NCBI GenBank assembly: GCA_002269645.1
Contig: NIVC01000254.1
Location: 587,877 to 651,876, forward strand
Direction: 5' to 3'
Source of the DNA: Macrostomum lignano
Taxonomy: Eukaryota
DNA length: 64,000 nt
Part shown: piece by piece, positions 12,913-42,589 of the stretch
How the letters are laid out: the number at the start of each line of letters is the position of its first letter
Position numbering within the stretch: the stretch's first letter is position 1
Made by a program: the position numbers and the translations under genes
The notes under the pieces: generated by a model
The model's database searches: none
Told to the model about the DNA's origin: nothing
The model's input: the letters and a program-made list of their open reading frames with translations, nothing else

Positions 12913-15900
12913 GCTGCCACGACACTCGCTCAGCGGTCGCCTACGGCCGCCGCCGCTGCTGCCGTCTCCTCGCGTGTTCATGTCGCCGCCACATTCAATG
13001 TGCCCGACTTTGCTGCCGAGTCCGCCGCCGCCGCCACCGGCGCCGTAGCTTCGTCTTCGACAACCTCAACAGCCGATGCTCTGACGCTTGCAGAGTACGG
13101 CGTCGGTCGCAGCAACAGCTGGTTATTGCGCCGTCGTAGACCTCTGCCATTGGGGTCGGACTCCTCCGACTTGTTCGAGGACTGCTTGGCATATCTGCCA
13201 GACTCTGCGGATGACGCTGCCCTTGTTGAGTACGATTCTCCTGTAGTGTCTTCGCCTATTGGTTTAGCTGCATCAGCTTCTGAGCCTCAGCAGCCTCAGC
13301 AGGAGCAGCAGCAGGAGCAGAAGACCACTGCGACATCGTCGAATGTCCCGGCTCAGCAGAAACCAGTTGTCATGGTGAAATCCTCTTCAGCCGTCGCCAC
13401 CACCGCCTTGACAGGTCAGAAAAGTCGCCGCTCGGGTCTTCGCAGCGCGTTTAATCCGGCTTATAAGCAGCGAGATTCGGCTCTGCATCGGCTGTTTAAA
13501 GAGGTCCCGGCAGCTGAGCGGCTTGTCACGGACTGCAGTTGCGCCTGGGACCGCAACGGCTTCCTGGTGCAGGGCCGGCTGTACGCCACCACAGTGAGAC
13601 TGTGCTTCTATTCGAAAATTATCGGCTTTGAGACTCGGTTTACCGTGCCACTGGCGTCCGTCACTTCCCTTACTAAGGAGCGAACCGCTCGATTAATTCC
13701 TAATGCTATCTTGGTTGTGTCTGGTCAGGACAGGTATGTACAAGTAGCTCTGCTAGATTCCCGGATTTTTTATGGTTTGTAGCTCTTCTGGAGTTTTGAG
13801 CTGGTTTTGTAGGTGTAGGTCTTTGTTCCTGTAGTTTTGAGCTGGTTTTGTAGGTGTAAGTCTCTGTTCATGTAGTTTTGAGCTGGTTTTGTAGGTGTAG
13901 GTCTTTGTTCCTGTAGTTTTGAGCTGGTTTTGTAGGTATAAGTCTTCCTGTAGTTTTGAGCTGGTTTTGTAGGTGTAGGTCTTGTTCATGTAGTTTTTAG
14001 CTGGTTTTGTAGGTATAAGTCTTTGTTCCTGTAGTTTTGAGCTGGTTTGTAGATGTAGGTCTCTGTTCCTGTAGTTTTTAGCTGGTTTTGTAGGTGTAGG
14101 TCTTTGTTCCTGTAGTTTTTAGCTGGTTTTGTAGGTGTAGGTCTTTGTTCCTGTAGTTTTGAGCTGGTTTTGTAGGTTTAGGTCTTTGTTTCTGTAGTTT
14201 TTAGCTGGTTTTGTAGGTGTAGGTCTTTGTATGTGTAGGTCTTTGTTGCTATAGTTTTTAGCTGGTTTTGTAGGTGAAGGTCTTTGTTCCTGTAGTTTTT
14301 AGCTGGTTTTGTAGGTATAAGTCTGTTCCTGTAGTTTTGAGCTGGTTTTGTAGGTATAAGTCTGTTCCTGTAGTTTTGAGCTGGTTTTGTAGGTGTAGGT
14401 CTTTGTTCCTGTAGTTTTGAGCTGGTTTTGTAGGTATAAGTCTGTTCCTGTAGTTTTGAGCTGGTTTTGTAGGTGTAGGTCTCTGTTCATGTAGTTTTTA
14501 GCTGGTTTTGTAGGTATAAGTCTTTGTTCCTGTAGTTTTGAGCTGGTCTTGTAGATGTAGGTCTCTGTTCCTGTAGTTTTTAGCTGGTTTTGTAGGTGTA
14601 GGTCTTTGTTCCTGTAGTTTTTAGCTGGTTTTGTAGGTGTAGGTCTTTGTTCCTGTAGTTTTGAGCTGGTTTTGTAGGTTTAGGTCTTTGTTTCTGTAGT
14701 TTTTAGCTGGTTTTGTAGGTGTAGGTCTTTGTATGTGTAGGTCTTTGTTGCTATAGTTTTTAGCTGGTTTTGTAGGTGAAGGTCTTTGTTCCTGTAGTTT
14801 TTAGCTGGTTTTGTAGGTGTAGGTCTTGTTCCTGTAGTTTTGAGCTGGTTTTGTAGGTTTAGGTCTTTGTTTCTGTAGTTTTTAGCTGGTTTTGTAGGTG
14901 TAGGTCTTTGTAGGTGTAGGTCTTTGTTGCTATAGTTTTTAGCTGGTTTTGTAGGTGTAGGTCTTTGTTCATGTAGTTTTTAGCTGGTTTTGTAGGTGAA
15001 GGTCTTTGTTCCTGTAGTTTTTAGCTGGTTTTGTAGATGTAGGTCTCTGTTCATGTAGTTTTTAGCTGGTTTTGTAGGTGTAGGTCTTTGTTCCTGTAGT
15101 TTTGAGCTGGTTTTGTAGGTATAAGTCTGTTCCTGTAGTTTTGAGCTGGTTTTGTAGGTGTAGGTCTCTGTTCATGTAGTTTTTAGCTGGTTTTGTAGGT
15201 GTAGGTCTTTGTTCCTGTAGTTTTGAGCTTGTTTTGTAGGTGTAAGTCTCTGTTCCTGTAGTTTTGAGCTGGTTTTGTAGGTGTAGGTCTTTGTTCCTGT
15301 AGTTTTGAGCTGGTCTTGTAGATGTAGGTCTCTGTTCCTGTAGTTTTTAGCTGGTTTTGTAGGTGTAGGTCTTTGTTCCTGTAGTTTTTAGCTGGTTTTG
15401 TAGGTGCTGCTACTATATAGCGTTTATAAGCTGTGTTTCATTTTGAAAAAACGCGAGGTAAAAGTCAAATTATTGTGCACTGCAGTCTGCAGTTGACCCG
15501 GTGTAAAATTCTTTTTTTTCAGGTACTTTCTAACCAGCCTGACAGCCAGGGAGAAGACATTTAGTGTGCTCAGCCTACTGTGGGAACTGTGTCCTCAGCC
15601 TATGCATCCCACTATCATGTGGGAGCTGATTCACGAGTCTTATGGAAACGATCTGGGTATGTCGTGACGTGTTACCGAGTCCTGGTTAGCCAAATAGTCA
15701 TCGATATTGAGTCTCTTTTAAAAAATTAAAATGCCTTGCGTTTAATGCTCTGGGTTTAAAATAATAGTGCTGTGTAGTATGACATTGCAAATAGAAGCTT
15801 ATGTTATACTAGAACTCTGTGCACTGCTATTAACTAAGAACTAGGAATGTCTGTTTGCTTCGCTGTCAGATTTATGGATGATTTATATGCTTTATCAGTT

Positions 15901-18900
15901 TTGTGCTTGCAATCTGTTTTCTACAGTTGCTGGACTAAGTAAAATGGCTATTGGGGGAGCCTGCGGTTAAAAAACAGCACCACGAGACAAAGATGATGAG
16001 GAGCCAAAACAGGGAGACTGAGTTGATAAAGAGCCAAAACCAAAATAGAGCCTGGGAGAAAGAGATGAAGACTCAAAACAGGGAGACTGGGAGATGATGA
16101 GGAACTAAAACAGGGAGACTGGGACTGGGAGATGATGAGGAACTAAAACAGGGAGACTGAGAGATGATGAGGAATCAAAACAGGAAGACTGGGAGATGAT
16201 GAGGAACCAAAACAGGGAGACTGGTAGATAATGAGGAATCAAAACAGGGAGACTGGGAGATGATGAGGAACCAAAACAGGGAGACTGGGACTGGGAGATG
16301 ATGAGGAACTAAAACAGGGAGACTGAAAGATGATGAGGAATCAAAACAGGAAGACTGGGAGATGATGAGGAACTAAAAAAGGGAGACTGAGAGATGATGA
16401 GGAATCAAAACAGGAAGACTGGGAGATGATGAGGAACTAAAACAGGGAGACTAGGACTGGAAGATGATGAAGAACTAAAACAGGGAGACTGGGAGATGAT
16501 GAGGAACTAAAACAGGGAGACTAGGACTGGAAGATGATGAAGAACTAAAACAGGGAGACTGGGAGATGATGAGGAACTAAAACAGGGAGACTAGGAGATG
16601 ATGAGGAACTAAAACAGGGAGACTGGGACTGGGCGATGATGAGGAACTAAAACAGGGAGACTGAGAGATGATGAGGAATCAAAACAGGAAGACTGGGAGA
16701 TGATGAGAAACTAAAACAGGGAGACTGGGAGATGATGAGGAACTAGAACAGGGAGACTGAGTTGATAAAGAGCCAAAACCAAAATAGAGCCTGGGAGAAA
16801 GAGATGAAGACTCAAAACAGGGAGACTGGGAGATGATGAGGAACTAAAACAGGGAGACTGGGAGATGATAAGGAACTAAAACAGGGAGACTGGGAGATGA
16901 TGAGAAACTAAAACAGGGAGACTGGGACTGGGAGATGATGAGGAACTAAAACAGGGAGACTGAGAGATGATGAGGAATCAAAACAGGAAGACTGGGAGAT
17001 GATGAGGAACTAAAACAGGGAGACTGAGAGATGATGAGGAATCAAAACAGGAAGACTAAGAGATGATGAGGAACTAAAACAGGAAGACTGGGAGATGATG
17101 AGGAACTAAAACAGGGAGACTGGTAGATGATGAGGAACTAAAACAGGGAGACTGGGAGATGATGAGGAACTAAAACAGGGAGACTGAGAGATGATGAGGA
17201 ATCAAAACAGGGAGACTGGTATATGATGAGGAATCAAAACAGGGAGACTGAGAGATGATGAGGAATCAAAACAGGGAGACTGACTGGTAGATGATGAGGA
17301 TTTAAAATAAGGAGACGCGAGGAAGTTGATGAAGCGCCGAAATAAAGACTGGTAGATGATAAAAAAACCGAATTCTGAGTCCGATAGATAATAATAAACA
17401 TTGGGAGACTGCAAACTGATGAAGCATCCCGCTCGCCTTGCGCAGGCCTGGACTCGGATGACACTGACTACGTGCCAAGCATTTCCCGGCAACTGCCTAG
17501 CAACGATTCTTCGCCAGCTTTAATCTCGTCGCCAACTGAAGAAGACGGCAGCGGCGGCGGCAACGGTAGCGCCAACGAAGCCGCTTCGTCATCCGTTGCC
17601 ATAGCAACCGACGCTAATAATGGATTATCGCCGGCTTTGCCTTCGCTCTCGCCGCCGTCGTTCTCAATCGGCGAAACGTCGGGTTCGTCGCTCCAAAGCC
17701 GTGTGCTAGCCGAAGAGTTCGGCCCGCCAGACTCCGCTGCAGGCGATGAGGCAGCCACCCAGCAGGAGGTCCAGACTGAGGAGTGGCTGGCCATGGACTT
17801 GCCCGCAGATGTTGACACCGTGTTTCTGGGCATATTCGGCCGCAGCTCGGCCTGGTTTCGTCAGTTTGCCGGCGAGCGAGGCTATTTGGAGATTCGAGTG
17901 GAACAGTGGAATCAAAGGGCTCGGACCGTGTCTTATCGGGTGCCGCTGAGTGGCGCGATCGGGCCCAGGAATGCTGTGCAGGTGAGATTTTGAGACTTTA
18001 TTGTGAGTCTCTCTGAGTGAGATTTTGAGACTATAGTGAGTCTGTCTGGGTGAGATTTTGACAGTTTATAGTGAGTCTGTCTGGGTGAGATTTTGACAGT
18101 TTATAGTGAGTCTGTCTGGGTGAGATTTTGACAGTTTATAGTGAGTCTGTCTGGTTGAGATTTTGACAGTTTATAGTAAGTCTGTCTGGTTGAGATTTTG
18201 ACAGTTTATAGTGAGTCTGTCTGGTTGAGATTTTGACAGTTTATAGTGAGTCTGTCTGGTTGAGATTTTGACAGTTTATAGTGAGTCTGTCTGGTTGAGA
18301 TTTTGACAGTTTATAGTGAGTCTGTCTGGGTGAGATTTTGAGACTTTATAGTGAGTCTGTCTGGGTGAGATTTTGAGACTTTATAGTGAGTCTGCCTGGG
18401 TGAGATTTTGACAGTTTATAGTAAATCTGGATGGGTGAGATTTTGACAGTTTATAGTAAATCTGGATGGGTGAGATTTTGACAGTTTATAGTAAGTCTGT
18501 CTGGGTGAGATTTTGACAGTTTATAGTAAATCTGGATGGGTGAGATTTTGACAGTTTATAGTAAATCTGGATGGGTGAGATTTTGACAGTTTATAGTAAA
18601 TCTGGATGGGTGAGATTTTGACAGTTTATAGTAAATCTGGATGGGTGAGATTTTGACAGTTTATAGTAAATCTGGATGGGTGAGATTTTGACAGTTTATA
18701 GTAAGTCTGTCTGGGTGAGATTTTTACACAATGAGTGTGAGTCTGTTTGGTGAGATTTTCAGACAGCTGGACCTGTCTTTTTCAAATCATAAAAAACCCG
18801 ACCCATCATCGTCCCGCAGGCTGACGAGCAGCGAATCACCCGCTACCAACCGGGCGAGGCCTACTCAGTTGAAGCCTCGTCAACCAGTCGTGACGTACCA

Positions 18901-19683
18901 TACGGAGACGCATTTAGCACTTTTACAGCCTACCAGCTAACCTGCGCCGGGCCGGGCAGGTGTCGCCTCCGAGTCCTGTCCGAGCTTCGATTCCATCGCC
19001 AGCTCTTCCGTTTTGTACGCGGAGTTATTGACGCCTCGTGGCGTCGCGGTGTGACGCAGCACTATGCCACCATGCGGACCAGCTTAACTGCGCACTTCAA
19101 CTCGTCAAGCGCGTCAGCTGGCAACGCCTCGGTGGCAGCAGCCGCCGCCGCCGCCACCGCTAGCGCAGATTTGTCCGCCTCCGTGTCGGACGGATCCGAC
19201 AATGTCGAAATCATTCCCGACGACTCTGTAGCGGCATCCCTATCGGATGGCAACTCTTCGGATCCGGCACTTACTTCCGCCGCTGGTGCTGCCGTTGTTG
19301 CCGCCGCCTCTGCCTCGGCTTCTACGATGTCAGTCTCATCGATATCAGCGTCGTTGTCGTCGGCGTCAGTTTGTCGTCGGCTTATTATCGCTTTATTGAT
19401 TGCCAGCGTATTTCTGTGCGTCTGCTTCTCGCTGCTGCATAGTCGGTGCGATCGACTGAACGAACTGTTGATGGAAGCTACAGCGGGGTTGGCGCCTTCC
19501 CCTCCTGTTTCTCCTGCTGCTGCTCCTCCTCCAGCTGCTGTTGTGTCTTCGTCCGACGTTGAATCAGTTGAATCTGAGCAGACTAGACAGCAGCTGGTGC
19601 AAATTATTGATGGCGCCATAGATTCGTTGGATCGGCTTTGCGCGACCCTGGCCGATTTGAGACTGCGTCTGCGTCGCCTTTAA
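12913..19683 (+). CDS. GRAMD1: GRAM domain-containing protein 1 / Aster-like sterol transfer protein (GRAM + VASt + TM + coiled coil); start codon unresolved
   Basis: Exons 12913(or 12863)-13733, 15523-15656, 17446-17981, 18820-19683; all GT-AG with consistent phases, 2355 nt total. GRAM motif YKQR...LFKEVP..E.LV.DCSCA...QGRLY; WELIHESYGNDLGLDSDDTDYVP; VASt motif DVPYGDAF...CRLRV; hydrophobic LIIALLIASVFLCVCFSLL near the C-terminus. Confidence 0.9.
13770..15405. repeat. 41-bp intronic minisatellite (GAGCTGGTTTTGTAGGTGTAGGTCTTTGTTCCTGTAGTTTT)
   Basis: About 40 copies fill GRAMD1-like intron 1. Confidence 0.97.
16040..17300. repeat. 32/38-bp intronic minisatellite (AAAACAGGGAGACTGGGAGATGATGAGGAACT)
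   Basis: Purine-rich tandem copies in GRAMD1-like intron 2. Confidence 0.96.
17982..18760. repeat. 35-bp intronic minisatellite beginning at the splice donor (GTGAGATTTTGACAGTTTATAGTGAGTCTGTCTGG)
   Basis: Fills most of GRAMD1-like intron 3. The first unit coincides with the GT donor at 17982. Confidence 0.96.
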
Positions 19684-19839
19684 ATCCGATTCTTACTGGG
19701 ATAAAGATCCTCTCTATAACTCTAGGATGTAATTTAAGCCGATTTTTATTACCTCTCCCTTACCCTGACGACGTATAGTGATACTTTGAGTCTCTAGTTT
19801 CTGCCTATCCCCGTTACCCTGGCCGATAGATAAGTGTTT

Positions 19840-20480
19840 GGCGCAGGAATGTACGCTGTCTCTACTTACCCTACCCCCGCCTTGACACCCACCTCACTCC
19901 CTTTTAGCGCAACTTGAGTGTGCGGTGCAGGAATGTTAACTGTCTCTACTTACCCTGCCCCCACCTCTGACACCCACCTCACTCCTTTTCTCGCGGCTTG
20001 ACTGTTTCTCTCTATACCACCCACAAAGTGGCTGTTGATAACCGTGCGGTGCAACGTACACTGCAAATTGTTGACGCCCACCTCACTCCCTTACTTAACT
20101 GCTAGTAACATTGTTGCTTCGTTTGATTTTCCAGACTTCTATAAATCTATATAACAGTCTAATTATCTATCCCTCCTCTCCCCACCTCCTGGACCAAGGA
20201 CGATACTGTTAATACAATTGTCCACCGTCTCGTACCCCCCCCCCCTAATTGGTCGATAATTGACTTTGGCGCACGAGTGTACACTGCTTCTCTTAACCCT
20301 CCCTCCACCCTAGACACCCACCCCACTCCCTGTCTCGCGGCTTGCTTAGTCATCACAAGAGAATTCGCGTTATCTCTACTCCCTAACTGGTCGATAATTG
20401 ACTGTAGGGCACGAGTGTACACTGTCTCTCCTAACCTTCCCTCCACCCTAGACACCCACCCACTCCCTGTCTCGCGGCCT
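19840..20480. repeat. Degenerate direct repeats (~5 copies of a ~60-70-bp C-rich motif)
   Basis: The motif ...GTACACTG..TCT...ACCCT...GACACCCACC(T)CACTCCC recurs near 19850, 19930, 20055, 20275 and 20410. Confidence 0.6.
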
Positions 20481-21589
20481 GTCTTCGTTTCACATTGTTA
20501 CACAGAACCGATGAGTTCCCTATCCCTATTGCATTTTCCTATCATCCCCATCATTTCTTCTTAATTCGGCAAATATTCGGGGCACAATATTTGTCATCTG
20601 GGACTATTAGTGTATTTTAATTTAAACAATAAAAGCACAGTAAAAAATCTAAGCTTTTATATTGCATTTTGACCTATTTTTCTAGTTTTTTCTTTATTGT
20701 TATCAACCTACAAATATAAGATAAAATTTATTTTAAGCTATATAACTTCAAAATATTTCCTAGCTTTTACTTCCGTAGAGCCTGACCTTGTGTTGATCTC
20801 TATTTGAACTGTCTATAGCGAGCCCTTTTAATTGCCATGTATTTTTATTAAAGCACTTTCTCAAAGTAGAAGAAATTTTAAGCCTACATATCCTATTTTA
20901 GATAGCTAAAGAAGAGCACAGATTACGTCATATTTTGCCTTGGACTTTTTTAGATTGATTTACTTTCTCGCAGTTTCTTTCTAAACTGATAAACTGAAGT
21001 TTAGTGTTTTCACATAGTTTTTTCAAAATGTTAGAAAATCCGTGTCTTGGATGCGTGCAATATATTTTATTCGAAATCTTTATTAGTCTAGTCTAAGTTC
21101 GCACACTCTTATAATATTGACAAGTAGTATTTTAAGTAGTATAGTGTGCGCGCAAAGCTTTCGAGCTCATTCGTTTGTCTTTGTCTATCTATTATCATTA
21201 GTTAGTTTGTCACGGCTGTTTAATTCCTATTGTATTATTTATCATTGTTTTTCCCTTCTTTAATTGCCATGCAGAATTTTGTTGATGGCCAGCAAGTTTT
21301 GTGAAGACAAATTTACTCGTATCTATTACCATATGCTTGTTGTCACTCTATATTGTCACAATCTTTTAATCGGAATTTGTGTATTTTTCTCCCCATGATT
21401 TTCTGTCAAAGATGAAATTATTTATTGAACATTCGATGCTTGTGTTTGAGACAATTTACGCTTTTCCCACAATAACTGCTGTTTTATAAAGCTTTTAAAA
21501 CATCTACTAGAATATAATGTCAACTCAGCCTACGACTCTGCTGACATGTAACAGTGTCTTTCTGCTTACCACAGCCATTCATTGCTGCA

Positions 21590-23230
21590 TCTACTGTCTG
21601 TCTACTATCTCCCATCTAATCTCTGTCTATTCTCTCCCATCTAATCTCTGTCTATTCCCTCCCATCTAATCTCTGTCTATTCTCTCCCATCTGATCTCTG
21701 TCTATTCCCTCCCATCTAATCTCTGTCTATTCTCTCCCATCTAATCTCTGTCTATTCTCTCCCATCTAATCTCTGTCTAGTGTCTCCCATCTGATCTCTG
21801 TCTACTATCTCCCATCTAATCTCTGTCTATTCCCTCCCATCTAATCTCTGTCTATTCCCTCCCATCTAATCTCTGTCTATTCCCTCCCATCTAATCTCTG
21901 TCTATTCCCTCCCATCTAATCTCTGTCTATTCTCTCCCATCTACTGTCTGTCTATTCTCTCCCATCTAATCTCTGTCTATTCTCTCCCATCTAATCTCTG
22001 TATATTCTCTCCCATCTAATCTCTGTCTATTCCCTCCCATCTAATCTGTCTATTCTCTCCCATCTAATCTCTGTCTATTCTCTCCCATCTAATCTCTGTC
22101 TATTCTCTCCCATCTAATCTCTGTCTATTCTCTCCCATCTAATCTCTGTCTATTCTCTCCCATCTAATCTCTGTCTATTCTCTCCCATCTAATCTCTGTC
22201 TATTCTCTCCCATCTAATCTCTGTCTATTCTCTCCCATCTAATCTCTGTCTATTCTCTCCCATCTAATCTCTGTCTATTCTCTCCCATCTAATCTCTGTC
22301 TATTCTCTCCCATCTAATCTCTGTCTATTCTCTCCCATCTAATCTCTGTCTATTCTCTCCCATCTAATCTCTGTCTATTCTCTCCCATCTAATCTCTGTC
22401 TATTCTCTCCCATCTAATCTCTGTCTATTCTCTCCCATCTAATCTCTGTCTATTCTCTCCCATCTAATCTCTGTCTATTCTCTCCATCTAATCTCTGTCT
22501 ATTCTCTCCCATCTAATCTCTGTCTATTCTCTCCCACCTAATCTCTGTCTATTCTCTCCCATCTAATCTCTGTCTATTCTCTCCCATCTAATCTCTGTCT
22601 ATTCTCTCCCATCTAATCTCTGTCTATTCTCTCCCATCTAATCTCTGTCTATTCTCTCCCACCTAATCTCTGTCTATTCTCTCCCATCTAATCTCTGTCT
22701 ATTCTCTCCCATCTAATCTCTGTCTATTCTCTCCCATCTAATCTCTGTCTATTCTCTCCCATCTGATCTCTGTCTATTCTCTCCCATCTACTGTCTGTCT
22801 ATTCTCTCCCATCTAATCTCTGTCTATTCTCTCACCTAATCTATGTCTATTTTCTCCCATCTAATCTCTGTCTATTCTCTCCATCTAATCTCTGTCTATT
22901 CTCTCCCATCTAATCTCTGTCTATTCTCTCCCACCTAATCTCTGTCTATTCTCTCCCATCTAATCTCTGTCTATTCTCTCCCATCTAATCTCTGTCTATT
23001 CTCTCCCATCTAATCTCTGTCTATTCTCTCCCACCTAATCTCTGTCTATTCTCTCCCATCTAATCTCTGTCTATTCTCTCCCATCTAATCTCTGTCTATT
23101 CTCTCCCATCTAATCTCTGTCTATTCTCTCCCATCTGATCTCTGTCTATTCTCTCCCATCTACTGTCTGTCTATTCTCTCCCATCTAATCTCTGTCTATT
23201 CTCTCACCTAATCTATGTCTATTTTCTCCC
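21590..23230. repeat. 25-bp pyrimidine-rich minisatellite (CTGTCTATTCTCTCCCATCTAATCT)
   Basis: About 65 tandem copies. Confidence 0.98.
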
Positions 23231-23910
23231 ATCTAATTTCTGTCTACTCTTCCATCTCGTGTCTTGATGTCTATTCTCTCTCTCATCTGTCTATTCTCTC
23301 TAATCTAATCTTTCTCTTGTCTCTGTTTCCTCGTGTCGCTTTTCTCCAATCTCCTTCCTATGTTGTCCTAAAGTTCATTTATATTTTCAAATTTGTAGAA
23401 ACACTTCTTATATATAAGGCGTTCTTATCGTTTATTTAAAAAACAGGCTTTTTCTTTTAATGACATCATATTTATAAACATTTGTTACAAACAGATTTTT
23501 TGCGAGCAGTTCGATTAATATTTCTGGTTTCATTCCTTTTGATTTTATTTAATTTAGAGATGCTTTCTAATGCGCGTATTTTACTACTGTCAGCTATAGA
23601 CATGCTTGGATCACAGATTTTGTATTTTATTGTAGAGAATTCCTATTGATTGTGCTTTTTTTCGAATTCGCACCACAATCGATGGACTAAAGTTAAACAA
23701 AAAGCAAAGATTGCACTTCAGTAGTATGTAGTAGATTTGTGTGTTATTTCTTATTTAAATTCTATTAATGTTCTGTCTTGTAAATGTTGATGGAATAAAT
23801 ATTTTGAGAACGAGTTTTACTCTGCCTGAATTTTAAACAATCCGTTCTGTGTCGACGTAAAAGCTACCGACTTTTTTGACGTTAGTTAATTCATTTTCTT
23901 GTGCTGTTGT

Positions 23911-25046
<1,136 letters not shown>

Positions 25047-25609
25047 CACAGACTAATGGTTTAGAGAGTTTAAATTGTGAGCCAGCTGACTTCTAAACGA
25101 TTCAGAACTTGCGAAATGCCCCGATATTGCTGTATGCCTACTAATAGTAGATAAATTAGCAATAGCTGACTAAGCAATCAATCTTTAATAATTTAATTGA
25201 CTGCAATATCGAAAATTATGTTTGTAAGTGTCTTTCCGGCTGGTTAAGCTTGAAGTACATAGCTACTGAAATATTTAATAGCAAAGCAGCAAAAAATATT
25301 AACAATAAACTTTTTGTAGCCAACGCGCCGGATAATCACTAGGGTAGAGTTTTCAGGTTGAATGTGTCAATCAGCTTTAGTTGGCTTGTTATTAGTGGCT
25401 GCTTGATGCGTTTATTGATGATGTATCGACTGAACTGTTTATAAAGTTGGTGGGGTCCAGAATTGCAGATGGAAAACAGGGAGGGAGAAAGGGGGGAAAA
25501 GTGAAGTGGTGGAGGGTAGATGAGAAAGGGATTTAGATAGGAAAGCGATGGTAAATAGAGCACAGAGTACGATATATCAAGAAGATAGAGAGGGCCAGTG
25601 TTAAAAGCA

Positions 25610-26285
25610 AAGGGAGATAGGGTAGATAGAGAAGGGGAGAGGGGGTAGATATAAAAGGAAAGAGGGTAGATAGAGAAGGAGGGAGGGTAGATAGAGAAGG
25701 GGAGAGGGAGTAGATAGAGAAGGAGAGGGAGTAGATAGAGAAGGAGAGAGGGTAGATAGAGAAGGAGAGAGGGAGTAGATAGAGAAGGAGAGAGGGGGTA
25801 GATAGAGAAGGAGAGAGGGAGTAGATAGAGAAGGAGAGGGGCTAGATAGATGAGGAGAGGGGGTAGATAGAGAAGGAGAGAGGGAGTAGATAGAGAAAGA
25901 GAGGGGGTAGATATAAAAAGAGAGAGGGTAGATAGAGAAGGGGAAAGGGGGTAGATATAAAAGGAGAGAGGGTAGATAGAGAAGGAGAGAGGGGGTAGAT
26001 ATAAAAGGAGAGAGGGTAGATAGAGAAGGAGAGGGAGTAGATAGAGAAGGAGAAAGGGGGTGGATATAAAAGGAGAGAGGGTAGATAGAGAAGGGGAGAG
26101 GGAGTAGATAGAGAAGGAGAGAGGGGGTAGATATAAAAGGAGAGAGGGTAGATATAGAAGGGGAGAAGGAGTAGATATAAAAGGAGAGAGGGGGTAGATA
26201 TAAAAGGAGAGAGGGTAGATAGAGAAGGGGAGAGGGAGTAGATAGAGAAGGAGAGGGTAGATGGCAAAAGGGAGAGAGGGTAGAC
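25610..26285. repeat. Purine-rich ~21-25-bp degenerate minisatellite (GAGGGTAGATAGAGAAGGAGA)
   Basis: Directly visible tandem GA-rich units. Confidence 0.9.
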
Positions 26286-26399
26286 TAAAAGTACATTTTG
26301 ATATTGGATAGTGTGTGTAGCGAGTAGATTAGAGAGTACAGAATGAAGGAGTACAAAGAAAACTTTCAAAATTTCTACAGCATCGCAGCAGTAAGCCGA

Positions 26400-26866
26400 A
26401 AGATTTGCATTGCATGCTGGGAGCCAAAGCTCTGCAAGCCAGTGAGTGGATCAGAGACGGGGGTCACTGCTGCCTGCTGCAGCCTCTTCCACTCCCCCCG
26501 CCCCACCACCCCTTTGATCCCATTGGCTCCCAAGGACTGCCCCTCTTTTGCATGTTGAAAAGCACTAGGAGTTGGATCGGAGGGGGAGGAGGCGAACCCC
26601 CGGCTTTTCCCCCCGCCTGTGTACACCGCCGCGCTGCTGCAGTGTGTTCCATGTTGGGACGAACAAGGTGGGAGAGAACTTACTTGGCCAGAGTTTTGCC
26701 CCTGTTTCCTCTCCCTGCCCCCCCCCCATCCACTGGCCAGGAATGCACGGGACGCCCTCCGAGGTTTAGAAGAAAGAAACGAGAGCAGCACAGTAAGTTC
26801 GTTTAAGTTGCTCGTGTGTTAAACAAGGTTTTTTTTTAACTTATATCCGTCATCTCTCACTACTAG
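26400..26866 (+). promoter_or_regulatory. Putative promoter / non-coding first exon and 74-nt 5'UTR intron of the arrestin-domain gene
   Basis: GC-richer island ending in donor CA|GTAAGT (26793). A branch-like TTTTAAC and acceptor TACTAG (26866) lie 49 nt before the ATG at 26916. The transcription start cannot be determined. Confidence 0.45.
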
Positions 26867-26915
26867 GTATGATATTGAGCTCTGAGCAGTGACTGACAGA
26901 CACAGTCTGACCAAT

Positions 26916-42552
<15,637 letters not shown>

Positions 42553-42589
42553 GCTGCCTCCAGCCTCCATGCCGTCTCCTAGCCTCTTT

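Noticed and set aside
10738-19619. Antisense and alternative-frame ORFs over GC-rich exons (e.g. 10738-11151, 17468-17833, 19062-19619; also 36952-37569, 47629-48297, 51701-52456)
   Set aside because: Shadow ORFs of the real coding frame in GC-rich sequence; no motifs.
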